The position numbers and the translations under genes are program-made. A stretch of DNA of 64,000 nt from positions 186,001 through 250,000 of the forward strand of contig QPMI01000524.1 in the NCBI GenBank assembly GCA_004431415.1, in the 5' to 3' direction. Origin of the DNA: Cyanophora paradoxa CCMP329 (lineage: Eukaryota; Plantae; Glaucophyta). Below the pieces are notes generated by a model. The model made no database searches, was not told where the DNA came from, and was given only the letters and a program-made list of their open reading frames with translations. This document shows, one piece after another, positions 11,211 to 22,997 of this stretch. Position 1 is the stretch's first letter, and each line of letters opens with the position of its first letter.

Positions 11211-13574
11211 CTACAGCTGAGCTGGATCAGTATCTGGCGCCGGCTCGTCATCATATGCGTCGCAAAGGGGCGCTGCCCGCCACGGACAATTGTATAAGGG
11301 TTGCTCAGGGGGGGCTTCTATTTTCAAAGAGAGAGCATCTTCCGCCTCCTGCGCGAAGGACGTCGACTGAGGAGAATTCGAAGGAGGGATCGGAACATGT
11401 TCAAAGGGTCCGCGCACTGCCAGCTTTTGCTCCAATTGCCCACCTTCTCGGCACATAATGGGCGCGCGAAGGCGGCGAAGGCGCCTCTTGAAGGCTCCAG
11501 TGACAGCCTGATTTGCTGGGAGGGGCAGCTGCAGCCACATGTCGCCTCCCATAGCCAGGTCGTGCAGGTTGACCAAACTCTCTGCGATTCGCTGCATTCG
11601 AGTGTAAGTGAGCACAGGCACCTGCACGGTGGTGGGCGCAGGGGCTACACCTCAAGTAAGGGGTCAAGTGCATACAGAAACTCCGCGCGATAGAACTGGC
11701 CAGTAACGGGCAAACTGTCCCGAGTCCGCGTGTACAGGTACACACTGCGGACAGTGCCAGCAATGGGCAAACTGTCGTTATTTCGCGTGTACAGGTACAC
11801 ACTGCGGACAGTGTGCCAGTTGCCCCATGCATGCGCCTGGTTGTTGAGTACCTTCATGATGTCTAGATCAACCTTGAGCTGCAATATCTGCAGAAGATCT
11901 TGGAGATCAGCAGGGCTTGATCTCAAGCACTCTCGAGAGGAGAGAGGGCTTGCCTCGAGCCTTGTGAAACCAAGAAGCAATCTTACAAGACGGCGAGTCT
12001 TGGTCCTTGTGAGATCAGAAGCGACGAGGTGGAGGCAGCGAAGGCGGGCCTGAAGGCACAAGAGGTGCTCCTGTTTTGTCGTGTTCTCGATGTAAAGCTC
12101 CGCAGACTCAAGGTGAATGAGATTCTCCAGGAAGGCCAGGTTCGAGATTGCATCACAGTCGGCAAAGTCAACACTGACTGGTCCACTTGTCAGCGACAGA
12201 GCTGCACATCGTTGTGCATCAGCTGCAGAAGCTGAAAAGAGGGAGGGAGAGGGAAGGAGCCTGAGAGAGGCACACGGATACACGCACACTTGAGGCTCGT
12301 GATCTGGCCAATGGGGCTGAGATCGTTATAGTCACGGTGCTGAAGGGCGAGGTGCTGGAGCTGTGTGAGCCTGCTGGCAACAGATGCGAGGGAGTATGAC
12401 AAGGCATCCTTCATCCGGGAAGCCGACTCGATGAGGCCCAAGTCGAGGCGAAGAGCTATGTGCGACCAAGTGAGCATGAGAACAGGCTGCATAGCTGGGC
12501 AGGGACAACGAGGCTAACCCAGAAGTTGTAGTTTCGCGAGGGGTAGAAGAGCGTCTACGTCGGGACCGTTTTCAGTGAAATTTTCTATGTTGAACTTCGA
12601 CACGATGCGCAGGTTCAACCTTCTCAGTTGTGCAAACTGATCATGTGTTGCAAGGCAGAGCAGCACTTTGTTCACGAAGTCTTCATATTCGTATTCTTCG
12701 ACAGGGATTAAACGACGCTTCCCACTGCAAAAGACAGAACATGAGGATCTGGGAGGTTGGGATCCAGATAAATGCAGGTTGTACCGAGGTTCGTAGTCCT
12801 CGAAAATGGTCGCATTCAAGTCGGTAAGTCGGGGCCCCTTCGTTGCTAACTCTTCGAGAGCTTTGTATGAAAGAGAGAAAAGATCACTCTCTATGTTCTC
12901 GTACTTGACATTCATGTCAATGCAGGACAGCTGCACTGCTACCTCGGATCCGGAGGATCTTGGTGCAGATGTGAGAATCGACAGATGCTTTGAAGTGAGC
13001 ATGCACTCGCGACCGTACGCCTCCAATCGGATGGCACGCAAAGCTGGAGAGATGAATCTGCAGAGCGGCTCCAGGTTGAACGGCGGGACAGCTCCCCCGC
13101 CCTGCGCAGACGAAGGTGAGATATCAGCTGGAGTGCGCTCGCGCTATCTGATAGCTATAGCTAACGCACCTTGACAGCGAGAGCCACGCTGAGATCCGCG
13201 ATCTTGCGGGCGCGGCGGACCGCACGCGCCCCCATCTTGCACGCGACCTCCAGCGCTGCCGCGGTGTCCTGCGTTGTTGCGTGCGCTGCCTGTAAAGCAC
13301 GCGCGGCCTCGGCCGAGGGCTCGATATCTACGGCCAGCCGCGCCCGCTCGACATCGACCTCAAGGTATCTCCAGCGCGGGCACACCGCCCTCAAGACCAG
13401 CAGCTCTCGGAGGTCTGTCGTTCTCGGCTGCGGAGCGGGGCTGGAAGATAGTTCTTTGAGCATCGCCTCTGCGCGCCCGCAGCAGCCATCGTCCACAACG
13501 GCGCCGGCATGCCGTGTCGAGCACGACTGCAGGAGAATGCGGCTGAGCAGGTCGTCTGGCAGAGCTTCAATCAT
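11211..13574 (-). CDS. F-box/leucine-rich-repeat protein (multi-exon), paralogue A
   Basis: N-terminal F-box MIEALPDDLLSRIL...LLVLRAVCPRWR. LRR-like segments LTDLNATI, FAQLRRLNLR, LTQLQHLALQ, LSPIGQITSLK, LENLIHLESAEL. Short GT-AG introns join ORFs 13161-13574, 12514-13041, 12190-12492, 11645-12289 and 11211-11627. Confidence 0.8.
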
Positions 13575-13669
13575 GGTCTGCAGCGCGGTCAGTCATGTTC
13601 AAACCCGCGGCAAGCACTATCGCGAGGCTCGCTTACGTGTACTCCTTCGAGGCCGGAACGGGGCGGGGG

Positions 13670-13977
13670 GAGCGCAGCGACGTCGCCGGGTTGGCTAAAG
13701 CGTTCTATCTAGCTGTGCGGTGCACGTACATGTGCGGGAAAAGCGCTGGGAGTCGCTGGCCGATCGCTGACGCCAAGAAAGTCGTGCCGTACCCCCCCGG
13801 CGCGTCGCCCCCACAAGAGGAAACTCGGGGGTGTGACTTCGGGGGTGTGACTTCGGGGGAGTGACGTGGGCGCTCGCTCTCTAGCGTAGGACGCTCTAGA
13901 TCTATAGCTAGAACTAGATCTCTAGCGTACCATGAGCGCTAGCATGTGCATACGCCAGCCGACCAGCCACAACGAGA
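13670..13977 (+). repeat. Repeat R1, copy 3 (more diverged), lying between divergent genes
   Basis: Matches R1 from GAGCGCAGCGACGTCGCC to CACAACGAGA. Supplies the ATG (13932) of the rightward ORF and sits ~95 bp upstream of the F-box ATG (13574). Confidence 0.9.
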
Positions 13978-14685
13978 TTCTGCAGAAGGCTGAGGCGCGG
14001 GCTGCATCCTCCGAGAACGACGCGAGAGCGCTCGGCGACGACGAGGACGAGGAATTCGAAGGCGAAGGGCGGCCAAAGGAGATTCCGTGTCGTACCTGTT
14101 TCGAGGACCCTCATCCATTGTGCTTGTGCCCCATCATCCTGGCCATCGATGATGCCAGCACTTTGGAAGAACTCCCTGCGGACGTTCGGCCCTTCGCGAA
14201 TTTGGCGCTTCGGATCGCCAAGCTGCACCGGCAGTCGGGGGCCTTCGACATCCTCCCCCAATCGGGCGAGGACAGCGAAGGAGAAGGTGAGGACACCGCT
14301 TTCTGCAACACCCTCATTGAATCTCTGCCGTCGGAGGGGGAGGGGCATCTGGACCTGAACAGTGCGCATGGCTTCATGTTTTTAATTTACGAGCAATTAA
14401 GCTTAAAATATAGCTTTCACAGAGCCAGTGATCTTGAGCGCAGAGAGACTCTGGGAGCACATCTGTGAGGTCACCCTCGAATGCTTTCAAGTGGCGAGGA
14501 GCCCGCTGCGCATGTTTCAGATGTGTGATGGTGGTTTCCGTGTTCGCGATCCTCTTGATCCATCTGTGGATGAAGCGCTTCGTGACCTCTGCGGCCTCTG
14601 CCTCAGCAACAGCGACATCGAGTTCTTTAGGGACATTTCCAAGCGCCTGAAAGAGAAGCAGGCAAGGACATTTCCAAGCAGCTGA
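13932..14685 (+). CDS. Hypothetical acidic protein with a Cys/His cluster (CxxC..H..CxC), probably two exons
   Basis: ORFs 13932-14468 and 14428-14685 can be joined by a GTGCGC...TTTCACAG intron (~14362-14422). Confidence 0.5.
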
Positions 14686-14979
14686 ATGGGACATCTTGCA
14701 TGATCTCATGATCAAGCCCATGTGCACATGTGCAAGCCCATGCCTGGGGGGGCGGCGGAAGTGGGGTCATACTACTGATAGCCCTACTAGGCTATATGAT
14801 TAGAAACAGCAGGGAACGGGCGGAAACAGCACAGAAGATGGGCTGCACAGTTGAAGGGTGCCAGCTGCAGATCACGGTCACGTTATAATTACTAATATAA
14901 AGCATGTCTACCCTGAGCCGTTTACGATTGCTTCTCCAATGCTTCCGCAGTTCTTTTCCGCTGTAAAAAAAATCAAATT

Positions 14980-15920
14980 TGAACTGAAATTTTTTAAATG
15001 TCCCGCCCCTCGTTGCACGCACCTCGCTCAAAATTTCCGTTCTGTTCAACATATTCTTTATCCTGTACTCATCCTTCAGTAGGGCATGGTTCAGTTCCAG
15101 CAACCTCCTCCCGATGCACTCTGACTCCTTCAGGTCTTCCGCAAATTGTTCCGCGATTCGACCTAAGAGCGCAGGTTTTCCTTTTAACGTCAATGCCCAT
15201 TGATACACCTCCTCGACTTCCCAGTCAACCATTGGCTTGTTGTGCACCTGCATGTACGGTCATGCACCTCTATCGTATTCACATGACATCCACACTAACC
15301 ATGTTATTCTCGTAGTGTGTACCCTCTGCATTGGCCTTGGCCTTCTTTGAGGGACGATCGCTTTCTATTTCTTCATCACTTTGATCTGATGATCGTTTCT
15401 CGAGCTCCTCTTCCCCGCCCTCATCTTCAATCATCGCTTCAGCAGAATCCTCTGCCAGACGCCCCGATTCAGCACTCACACTCTGCACAATTGGCGCAAG
15501 GGATGTCAGCACTCGCACTCTGCACAATTGGCGCAAGACATGTCTCAGTCTTCTTAGTCTTGTGCATTCTTCCCTTGTGCGTTTTGAGGCCTTTTTCGTT
15601 CAGACATGTCTGTGGGCACAGATCGCATTTCACACGTGCGCATGCGCCTTCTTTCCCATCACTGGTACTAGACTCTGCATCAGCTGTAGCCCGCCCCCCT
15701 GCATGTTAGAGAAGTCTGATCACAGTATGCAGCTGAATAAAATTGCGAAGTATGCACCTGGACGCTTGGAGCATGACTTGCGATGCTTTCCAGGGCGTTT
15801 GAGAGACTTGCTGCACCACTTGCATTTGTCTTTAAGCTTGATGTTCTCATCATTGCTTGTCTTTAGCTGTGATGAGTGGCCATGGGATGGATGCGATGTT
15901 GAGGTCGACTTTCCTTGACC
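14980..15920 (-). CDS. Zinc-finger + SAM-domain protein (multi-exon; the 5' end probably extends into the 505-bp tandem repeats)
   Basis: Manual minus-strand translation gives CKWCSKSLKRPGKHRKSC (C2HC-like, ~15770-15825) and CDLCPQTCLNEKGLKTHKGRMH (C2H2, ~15562-15628). The SAM signature DWEVEEVYQWA...EQFAEDLKESECIGRRLLELNHALLKDEYRIKNMLNRTEILSEV is in ORF 14792-15253. Confidence 0.7.
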
Positions 15921-16089
15921 TGCTCAAATCACACATCGGTATCAATATATGTACACTGACTACTGCTCGAAAACATCATAGCACGTACATTGGAGTTTTG
16001 ATTTAGGAGGAGGAACGAAAATTCGAGGAGCTGGAGGGGCTTTCTTGCATAACATGTTAGGCCGCTGGCTAATCGCCTCGGTTGCTTGC

Positions 16090-17527
16090 ACTGCAAACCA
16101 GCTGCGTTCAGCCTCTGATCGACGAAGCGAACAAGCGCACGCACCCGCAGAGCTTGGCCTACCAGCTGCAGGGGAGCCACCCTTGTCCGCGTTGATCGCC
16201 ACCATCCCCGGCGTGTCTTGCGTACCGCACTCGCTCGGCGTATTAGCACACAGTTCCCCCTTCTCCAGCGTGCACGCGTACGCGTTCGACTGCAGCTGAT
16301 CATCACAGGTCGCCCCATCCAGTGTCTCTGGCCAGCTACAGTCAGCTTCCGGTCAAAGACATCGAGAAGCAACCGCACCCGGATTCTCATACTTTGCTCC
16401 AATGTGGCCTTCGTTCTCAACGTCCGGAGCCGGCAGCTGTGGCTCCGGGTCGACTGCTGTGGCGCGCGACCGGGTCAAGAATCAGACTCGTAGTTTGGAA
16501 ACGATGTAGAGAAGTGACCCCACCAGCATCCTCACTTGCTTCCATGAAGTCTTCCTCCTTAACGAACGCCGCCGGCTGCAGAGTGTCCGGGCCGACTGCA
16601 AACCAGCTGCGTTCAGCCTCTGATCGACGAAGCGAACAAGCGCACGCACCCGCAGAGCTTGGCCTACCAGCTGCAGGGGAGCCACCCTTGTCCGCGTTGA
16701 TCGCCACCATCCCCGGCGTGTCTTGCGTACCGCACTCGCTCGGCGTATTAGCACACAGTTCCCCCTTCTCCAGCGTGCACGCGTACGCGTTCGACTGCAG
16801 CTGATCATCACAGGTCGCCCCATCCAGTGTCTCTGGCCAGCTACAGTCAGCTTCCGGTCAAAGACATCGAGAAGCAACCGCACCCGGATTCTCATACTTT
16901 GCTCCAATGTGGCCTTCGTTCTCAACGTCCGGAGCCGGCAGCTGTGGCTCCGGGTCGACTGCTGTGGCGCGCGACCGGGTCAAGAATCAGACTCGTAGTT
17001 TGGAAACGATGTAGAGAAGTGACCCCACCAGCATCCTCACTTGCTTCCATGAAGTCTTCCTCCTTAACGAACGCCGCCGGCTGCAGAGTGTCCGGGCCGA
17101 CTGCAAACCAGCTGCGTTCAGCCTCTGATCGACGAAGCGAACAAGCGCACGCACCCGCAGAGCTTGGCCTACCAGCTGCAGGGGAGCCACCCTTGTCCGC
17201 GTTGATCGCCACCATCCCCGGCGTGTCTTGCGTACCGCACTCGCTCGGCGTATTAGCACACAGTTCCCCCTTCTCCAGCGTGCAAGCGTACGCGTTCGAC
17301 TGCAGCTGATCATCACAGGTCGCCCCATCCAGTGTCTCTGGCCAGCTACAGTCAGCTTCCGGTCAAAGACATCGAGAAGCAACCGCACCCGGATTCTCAT
17401 ACTTTGCTCCAATGTGGCCTTCGTTCTCGACGTCCGGCGCCGGCAGCTGTGGCTCCGGGTCGACTGCTGTGGCGCGCGACCGGGTCAAGAATCGGACTCG
17501 TAGCTTCGCAACGATGTAGAGAAGTGT
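16090..17527. repeat. Tandem repeat, 505-bp unit, ~2.85 near-identical copies
   Basis: CTGCAAACCAGCTGCGTTCAGCC at 16091, 16596 and 17101; identical ORFs recur in the ORF track. Confidence 0.95.
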
Positions 17528-17948
17528 AGCAACGATCGGACTCGTAGCTTCGCAACGATGTAGCTTCGCAAGAGGGGGGGGGGGGGGGGGGGGGGGCGGC
17601 GTCGGGGGGATATCGATCCGGACACATAGCACCAGTAGCGCAGCACTAGAGCGCTAGTGAGTTTATAATCAGCCAGCCCGGCGGCGTCGCAGCGCTCGCC
17701 TAGAACCCCAGCCAGCCCGGCGGCGTCGCAGCGCTCGCCTAGAACCCCACTGGTCGCGCTTCACTCGCCGCAGCTGCAGCAAATAAGTCGATATGCGGAA
17801 GGAAGCACCCGATACATATAAATTGACAGCGCATAGCAGCGCATGCATCTGGACGTTTCCGCCTCGTCGCTTCTGGGCAATCCGCGCTGAGCAAGCGAAA
17901 GCTCGACGAGATGCTCGAACGAGGCTGCGCGCATACAGTCCGCTGGCC

Positions 17949-18810
17949 ATGGAGCCTCTGCCTTCGAATTTGAAAGTTGTGGCATCTCCGGCTCCCCTGC
18001 CAAGGCACTTCTGCGCGCTGAAGCGGATGTTCTTCTGCCAGGAATTCAAAGTTCCGGAAGAGGAGATCAAGCGTGCCGTCGAGCGCTCGCAGAGGTACAC
18101 GCCGTTAGAGGCAACTGCGGTCAAGCTCGAGGTCAGTGCCCTTCGCGGCCTGATGTGATCATTTGCAATTTATGCCATCAAAACCAGATATTCAAGACAA
18201 ATGACGGCCGAGGCAACGGGGTGCGGACCTTGCGGCGTATCATGGCGGGCCAGGTGCTTGCAATTGATTCACATGTGGCTGATCCGTGCGCGCTGATCCC
18301 CGCTGGCACAGTTTGTTTGTGAGTACGCTGGCGAGAACATTTCTGAAATGGAGGGCAAGAAGCGGGAGAAGGAGTACATTGATAAAGACGCACAGGACTG
18401 GTACTTCTTCTACTACAATTTTGGCAGTCGGCGCATGTGGTGATCAACAGTGCTCTTCGTCTGCTCCGAGGCTTTTTTCTAACTGTGCTTGGCTTATGCA
18501 CGTGCCCGCAGCGTTGACGCGATGCGGGACACGTATGGAACCTTCGGTCTACCGGGCTTTGGGCGGGTCATCAACCACAGCCGGTTGAATCCCAACCTCT
18601 GCAAGCGGTGTGCTTTTTTGTCTCCTCCTGTAGTGTTACTGTTTCCGGCAAGACCAGAGCCGCAGGGTTCTCAAGGTTCCGGGCGTCACACCAGGCTTGC
18701 CGCGGCTCTTTCTATTTGCTGTCCGAGACATAGAAGAGGGCGAGGAGCTTCTCATCGACTATGGCGATCGGGACGGGAAGAGCGTGAAGAACAACCCATG
18801 GCTGCTCTAG
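17949..18810 (+). CDS. SET-domain lysine methyltransferase, SETD8/PR-Set7 (KMT5A, H4K20me1)-like; at least 5 exons; start codon uncertain
   Basis: Spliced translation: IFKTNDGRGNGVRT..GQ|FVCEYAGENISEMEGKKREKEY..WYFFYY..C|VDA..FGRVINHS..|LFLFAVRDIEEGEELLIDYGDRDGKSVKNNPWLL*. This matches the SETD8 hallmarks GRLINHS and ELLYDYGDR..PWL and lacks post-SET cysteines. Four clean GT-AG introns. Confidence 0.9.
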
Positions 18811-19473
18811 TAGGGCGATCCTGGGCTCTCTGTGACTCGAGTGACCATCTTTGATTTTTGTTTAGTGCAGATCTAGATGATCTAGCCCTACATTCCAACC
18901 TAGGGCAATGTTAGATCCACATCTTCTATCTGATGTGAGATTTGATGTGTGAGATATGTGAGAAAATTGTTTCTGCTCTTTAATTATGAAGGTGGTGCTC
19001 AATTGTACGAATATATGAAGAAATGCTCATTGAAGCCTTCCTTTCAGCGCGGAAACAGCGGAAACAGCAATTGCAGGCTGCAAGTAATGCAACTTCTATA
19101 GCTATATATGCGCTTAGCTAGTCGACCATGCCATGGCCAATTGTAATTGCAAGTTTTACATCTTGCAATTGATCGATATCGATATCTGTCCAATTTTCAA
19201 TTGCAATTGCAATTGATTGCAATTGCGCTTGGCTAATGTATTAAAAGCCCTGCAGCTGGCCCCCGCTCCGCTTGCCTGGCATCCCCCTGACCACTTGCGC
19301 ATGCAGAACAGGCATGGTCCTCTACTGGCAGTGTACTCACGAAGATAAGGGGGAGCATGGACACCCATCTGCAGAGTAATCTACTGCAGCTCATACTTGC
19401 AATCAGCATGAGAAAATGTCTGAGGGAATCACACCTGCGAGCCATATGCATCATGAGCATCATGAGCGCAAAA

Positions 19474-20424
19474 CTAAATGAGGGGCCCGGGGCGTTCAAG
19501 CTTACATCCTGAAACGTCCAGCGATGGAATCTTTTCCGATAGCTTGCTCTTGTCCAGCTGATTCTGCATTAGACGCACGAATTCCTTGCGCTTCCCCGAG
19601 ATGAACTTCTTGTTCTTTTTCGTGATCTTTAGCACTTCATCCAGTCTGAAGTCATCGAGGTTGTCGATAGCAAGAGGGATGAAATCAACAAGATTAGGCC
19701 GAAGGGTGCTGGAGACGCCAAGATGAAGCTCTTGCAGCATCTCTCCAAACCACACACAGATCCAATCCCCACAGTGTGTCGATCCGGGTTGCAGCTTGTG
19801 GCCACCTGGAATGACGGAATGGAACTTGTAGCCCTGGAATAGGCGTTCTAGCTCTCCCATGAGCACTTCATCCACAGCTTTGCCGATAGAATCAAACCAT
19901 TGAATCTCCTTCTGCTGCTTGTTTACGACGAGAAGGCTATAATGTTCACCAACCCCTCGCTGGTCCTCGTTGTGACCAGTATTCACCGGACAAGCAAAGC
20001 AGAGGCCAGAGTTCCCCTGCAGCATACGATCCGCGGCCGCCTCTGGTGTCGTGAATCTGCGAAGAGAAGGAAGGAGCTCCCTTTCGTGCATTGGATACGA
20101 AAGCGTCACATGTGGATGCAAGTTTGGATAGTCCTTAAGTAGCGAGCCTGTAATGCTTGCAACATGAACATCCTGCATCGAAATCAATATATTCACACAA
20201 CTATATAATGTCCACAGGCATTCACCGTTAACCAGGATGTTCCAGTTGGAAGAATTGGCTCCGTTCTTTTTTTTGCCAGATGCGGGCCGCTGCTGCCACG
20301 ACAAGGACAGAATCGGACTTCGATGCGTATGCTCCATAGAGGCGTTTGCGCAAGGCGGCTCGCACCTCCTGATCGGCATGCTCGTGCTGGGGCAGCACAT
20401 GCCCTTCAGCACTATGCGGCGCAC
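19474..20424 (-). CDS. Ulp1/SENP-type (clan CE) cysteine protease
   Basis: Catalytic order H-D-Q-C: PVN..GVGEHYSLLVV..IQWFDSIG..KLQPGSTHCGDWI. The 5' exon structure is uncertain. Confidence 0.8.
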   Translation of the reverse strand: MRRIVLKGMCCPSTSMPIRRCEPPCANASMEHTHRSPILSLSWQQRPASGKKKNGANSSNWNILVNGECLWTLYSCVNILISMQDVHVASITGSLLKDYPNLHPHVTLSYPMHERELLPSLRRFTTPEAAADRMLQGNSGLCFACPVNTGHNEDQRGVGEHYSLLVVNKQQKEIQWFDSIGKAVDEVLMGELERLFQGYKFHSVIPGGHKLQPGSTHCGDWICVWFGEMLQELHLGVSSTLRPNLVDFIPLAIDNLDDFRLDEVLKITKKNKKFISGKRKEFVRLMQNQLDKSKLSEKIPSLDVSGCKLERPGPLI

Positions 20425-20876
20425 CGGGCGGAACGCCTTTAGCCCCGTCTAGAGCTCCGGATCTGCGCTTCGGTCAGCACCAACTGGGGCCTAAGCTTAG
20501 CAAGCTCGCCGCGCGTGCGCACGTTCGAATTCGCTTGCATCCTCGAGCTCTAGATCTTGGCGGCATCGATATCACAACAGCTGGAAGAGCTGGCTAGCTA
20601 TGGCAAGTTGCCGCTCAATCAGCTATCGCGCGCGGCTTTGCTGGTACTTGCCACGCGCAGGCTCGCGCCGGCAAGCTCGCGCCGGGGGAGGGGGAAGGGG
20701 TGGACGGGTACTTTCCACTTCGTAACTGCCGCAGCACAAGCAAAGCGACAGCGGCACCATGGCGGGTGCCGACGAATGCAGCGAAAGCGCGGCAAAGAGA
20801 TCGCGGTTGGATGGCGATGATGTGCGTGCCATCGAGAGCCGACGGTAGCTAGAGAGAACTAGTACTGACCGTGCGC

Positions 20877-22997
20877 ATGCCGCAGACCCTCATCATGAGT
20901 CTCCCAGACGAGCTGTTGTCCAAGGTCATCACCTTGGTGTGCCGGCTTCCGGTCGGGACGGTGGCGCCCGGTGGTTGTTGCTCGTACGCGCAGTCCCTCT
21001 GTGATCAGCCGGAGCATCCCTTGCACTCGAAGCTTGTCGAACGCATCGACGTGCACCTGCTCGTCCCCCTCCGACAAGTTTGCCGTCGGTTCAGGGACCT
21101 GCTGCGGGCGCCGCGAGCCTTCTTCAACCTTCAGACCGAGGAGAGCCGCTCCATGAGGGGGGTGCATTGCCTGGATGACCTGAGCAATGCGTGCATTCGT
21201 GCGGCAGCGGCGGTACCGGGGATCGAGGATGTCTACATGGAGATTTTCCTCCGGGTGCGGCACCAGCTAGCGCTGCAAGCGGAAACCAACACGCCTTCGT
21301 TTCGCAGGAAAGATGCCCCAGAATTCGGCGGCCGTATCCACGGCCCACAGAAGTCGACCTAGAGAAGTCTATCCCAACCTGTGTCTTGTCTCCTCTCAGC
21401 CATTTCCCTTCTTTGTGCGCCATCCGGCTAGCCTTGCATGGGCTGGACAGCCTAGGCTACGTCTTCAGGCCAGAGCAAGTTGCGTGCCTCAGCGGTCCAA
21501 GCTTCGCTAAGCTCTCCTGTCTCGATCTGGATGCATGCGATGGTCTTGTGGGGGACCAGGTTTCGCTCAGCCAGTCAGCATTCGAGTACCTGGCGAGCCA
21601 GGGCCCTGCCCTTGTCGAACTACGGGCAAGCATCCTCTTGGATGCCAATGAGCCACCCATCGCCACCTACCAGGCATTTGACCTCCTGGCAAAAGGGCCG
21701 TTGAAACACCTCCAGCGGCTGCACCTTCAATTTCTCTTCGGCGAACTTTATCCTGCGGAAACTTTCGACGCGCCCGATGCTCTCTGCCCCCTCGCCAGCC
21801 TTCCTTTGAAGTGTGAGCCCCCTTCCCCCCCCCCCCCCCCCCCACACCTGGCACCGGCACCCTTCACACGTGCACGCACGGCCGCAGCTCTCTCTCTCGT
21901 TTTCGCTATTGGAGTCCCTCCGAAGGATCAAGTAGCCGATGGCGAGGAGGTTACTCTTCTGAAGGTCTCCCTAGAGCCGCTCACAGATATCCCCACGCTC
22001 GAGCACCTTGCCATGCGGGCCCGTAACGTTGCCGACTTCTCTCCACTTGCCCGGATGAGTGCCCTGAAGTGTGCGCATATTGGCATCCCCTGCCTCGCTC
22101 CCCCTTCCTGATGGCTTCTTCGAATCCACAGCGCTGCAGATTGACAATGGGGGCGGTTTCTTGGAGGCAGACAGTGTGATCGGAGCCCTCAAGTTCCTCC
22201 CAGCGCTCGCCCAGCTTCAATCACTCATGCTTGATCGAGTCAATGAGGACCCTTTGCCTCTTGTCTCCCTCGCGCCCCGCCTCCGTGCCCTCGACATCAG
22301 TCACATTGGAGACGATGATAAGAAACTGGAGAGCGTGATCGAGCGCTGTACGGAGTTGAGGGCGCGGCCGTGCCACTGCCGCTGCATTCGATCCCTTCTG
22401 AACTCGCGCCCCCCCCCCCCCCCCCCCCCCCCTTCCCATGCAGTTCCTGAGCATCGAGGCCCGCATCTGCAAAGCCTTTGAACCCCAGACCTGGCGCGCC
22501 TTGAGCAAGCTTCACACTCTTCGCTTGTTTGGGTGGGACGGCACTTCAAGTCATGATTGGGAAACACCTCCCTCCGACGTAGACGCGTTGATGAAGGTGC
22601 GGCAGTCAGCAGATCGTCCCCAACTAATCTACCCCAATCTACCCCAATCACTCGCCGGCAGCTTATCGCGGATAACTTGACCGGCCTGCGAGAACTTCAT
22701 TTACGCTGTATGAAGCTACCCCTGCCGTTGGAGCCCAATGTCCTTGCTGCCCTAGGCAGACGCCTTCTCCGCCTTCGAGCTGTGGTTTGCGTTCGAGCCG
22801 GGCACATTCAGCCCAAGCATGTGGTTCAGGAGGTGTGCTGCCCTCCCTCACTCTTTCCTTTGGGCTCAAGCTTGCATGATGAGGGCGAGAGTGCAGGAAA
22901 CGGAGAAAGATCTCGGCCTCTTGGAGAAACGGATCGCAGACCCCATCCTTTGAGACTTAAGCGTCTCTGGCAGAGCTTGTATTGCCCACAAGCGTGA
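20877..22997 (+). CDS. F-box/LRR protein (multi-exon), paralogue B of the 11.2-13.6 kb gene; 3' end uncertain
   Basis: F-box MSLPDELLSKVI...LVPLRQVCRRFRDL, followed by LRRs. Collinear with paralogue A (SAFEYLASQGPALVEL vs KALEELATKGPRLTDL; DALCPLASL vs DALLPLAKL; FSPLARMSALK vs LSPIGQITSLK), with matching intron positions. Confidence 0.8.

Noticed and set aside
19474-20424. Protease as the PLV maturation (adenain-like) protease
   Set aside because: It lies 24 kb outside the AT-rich viral region among intron-containing host-style genes, so it cannot be assigned to the virus from this window.
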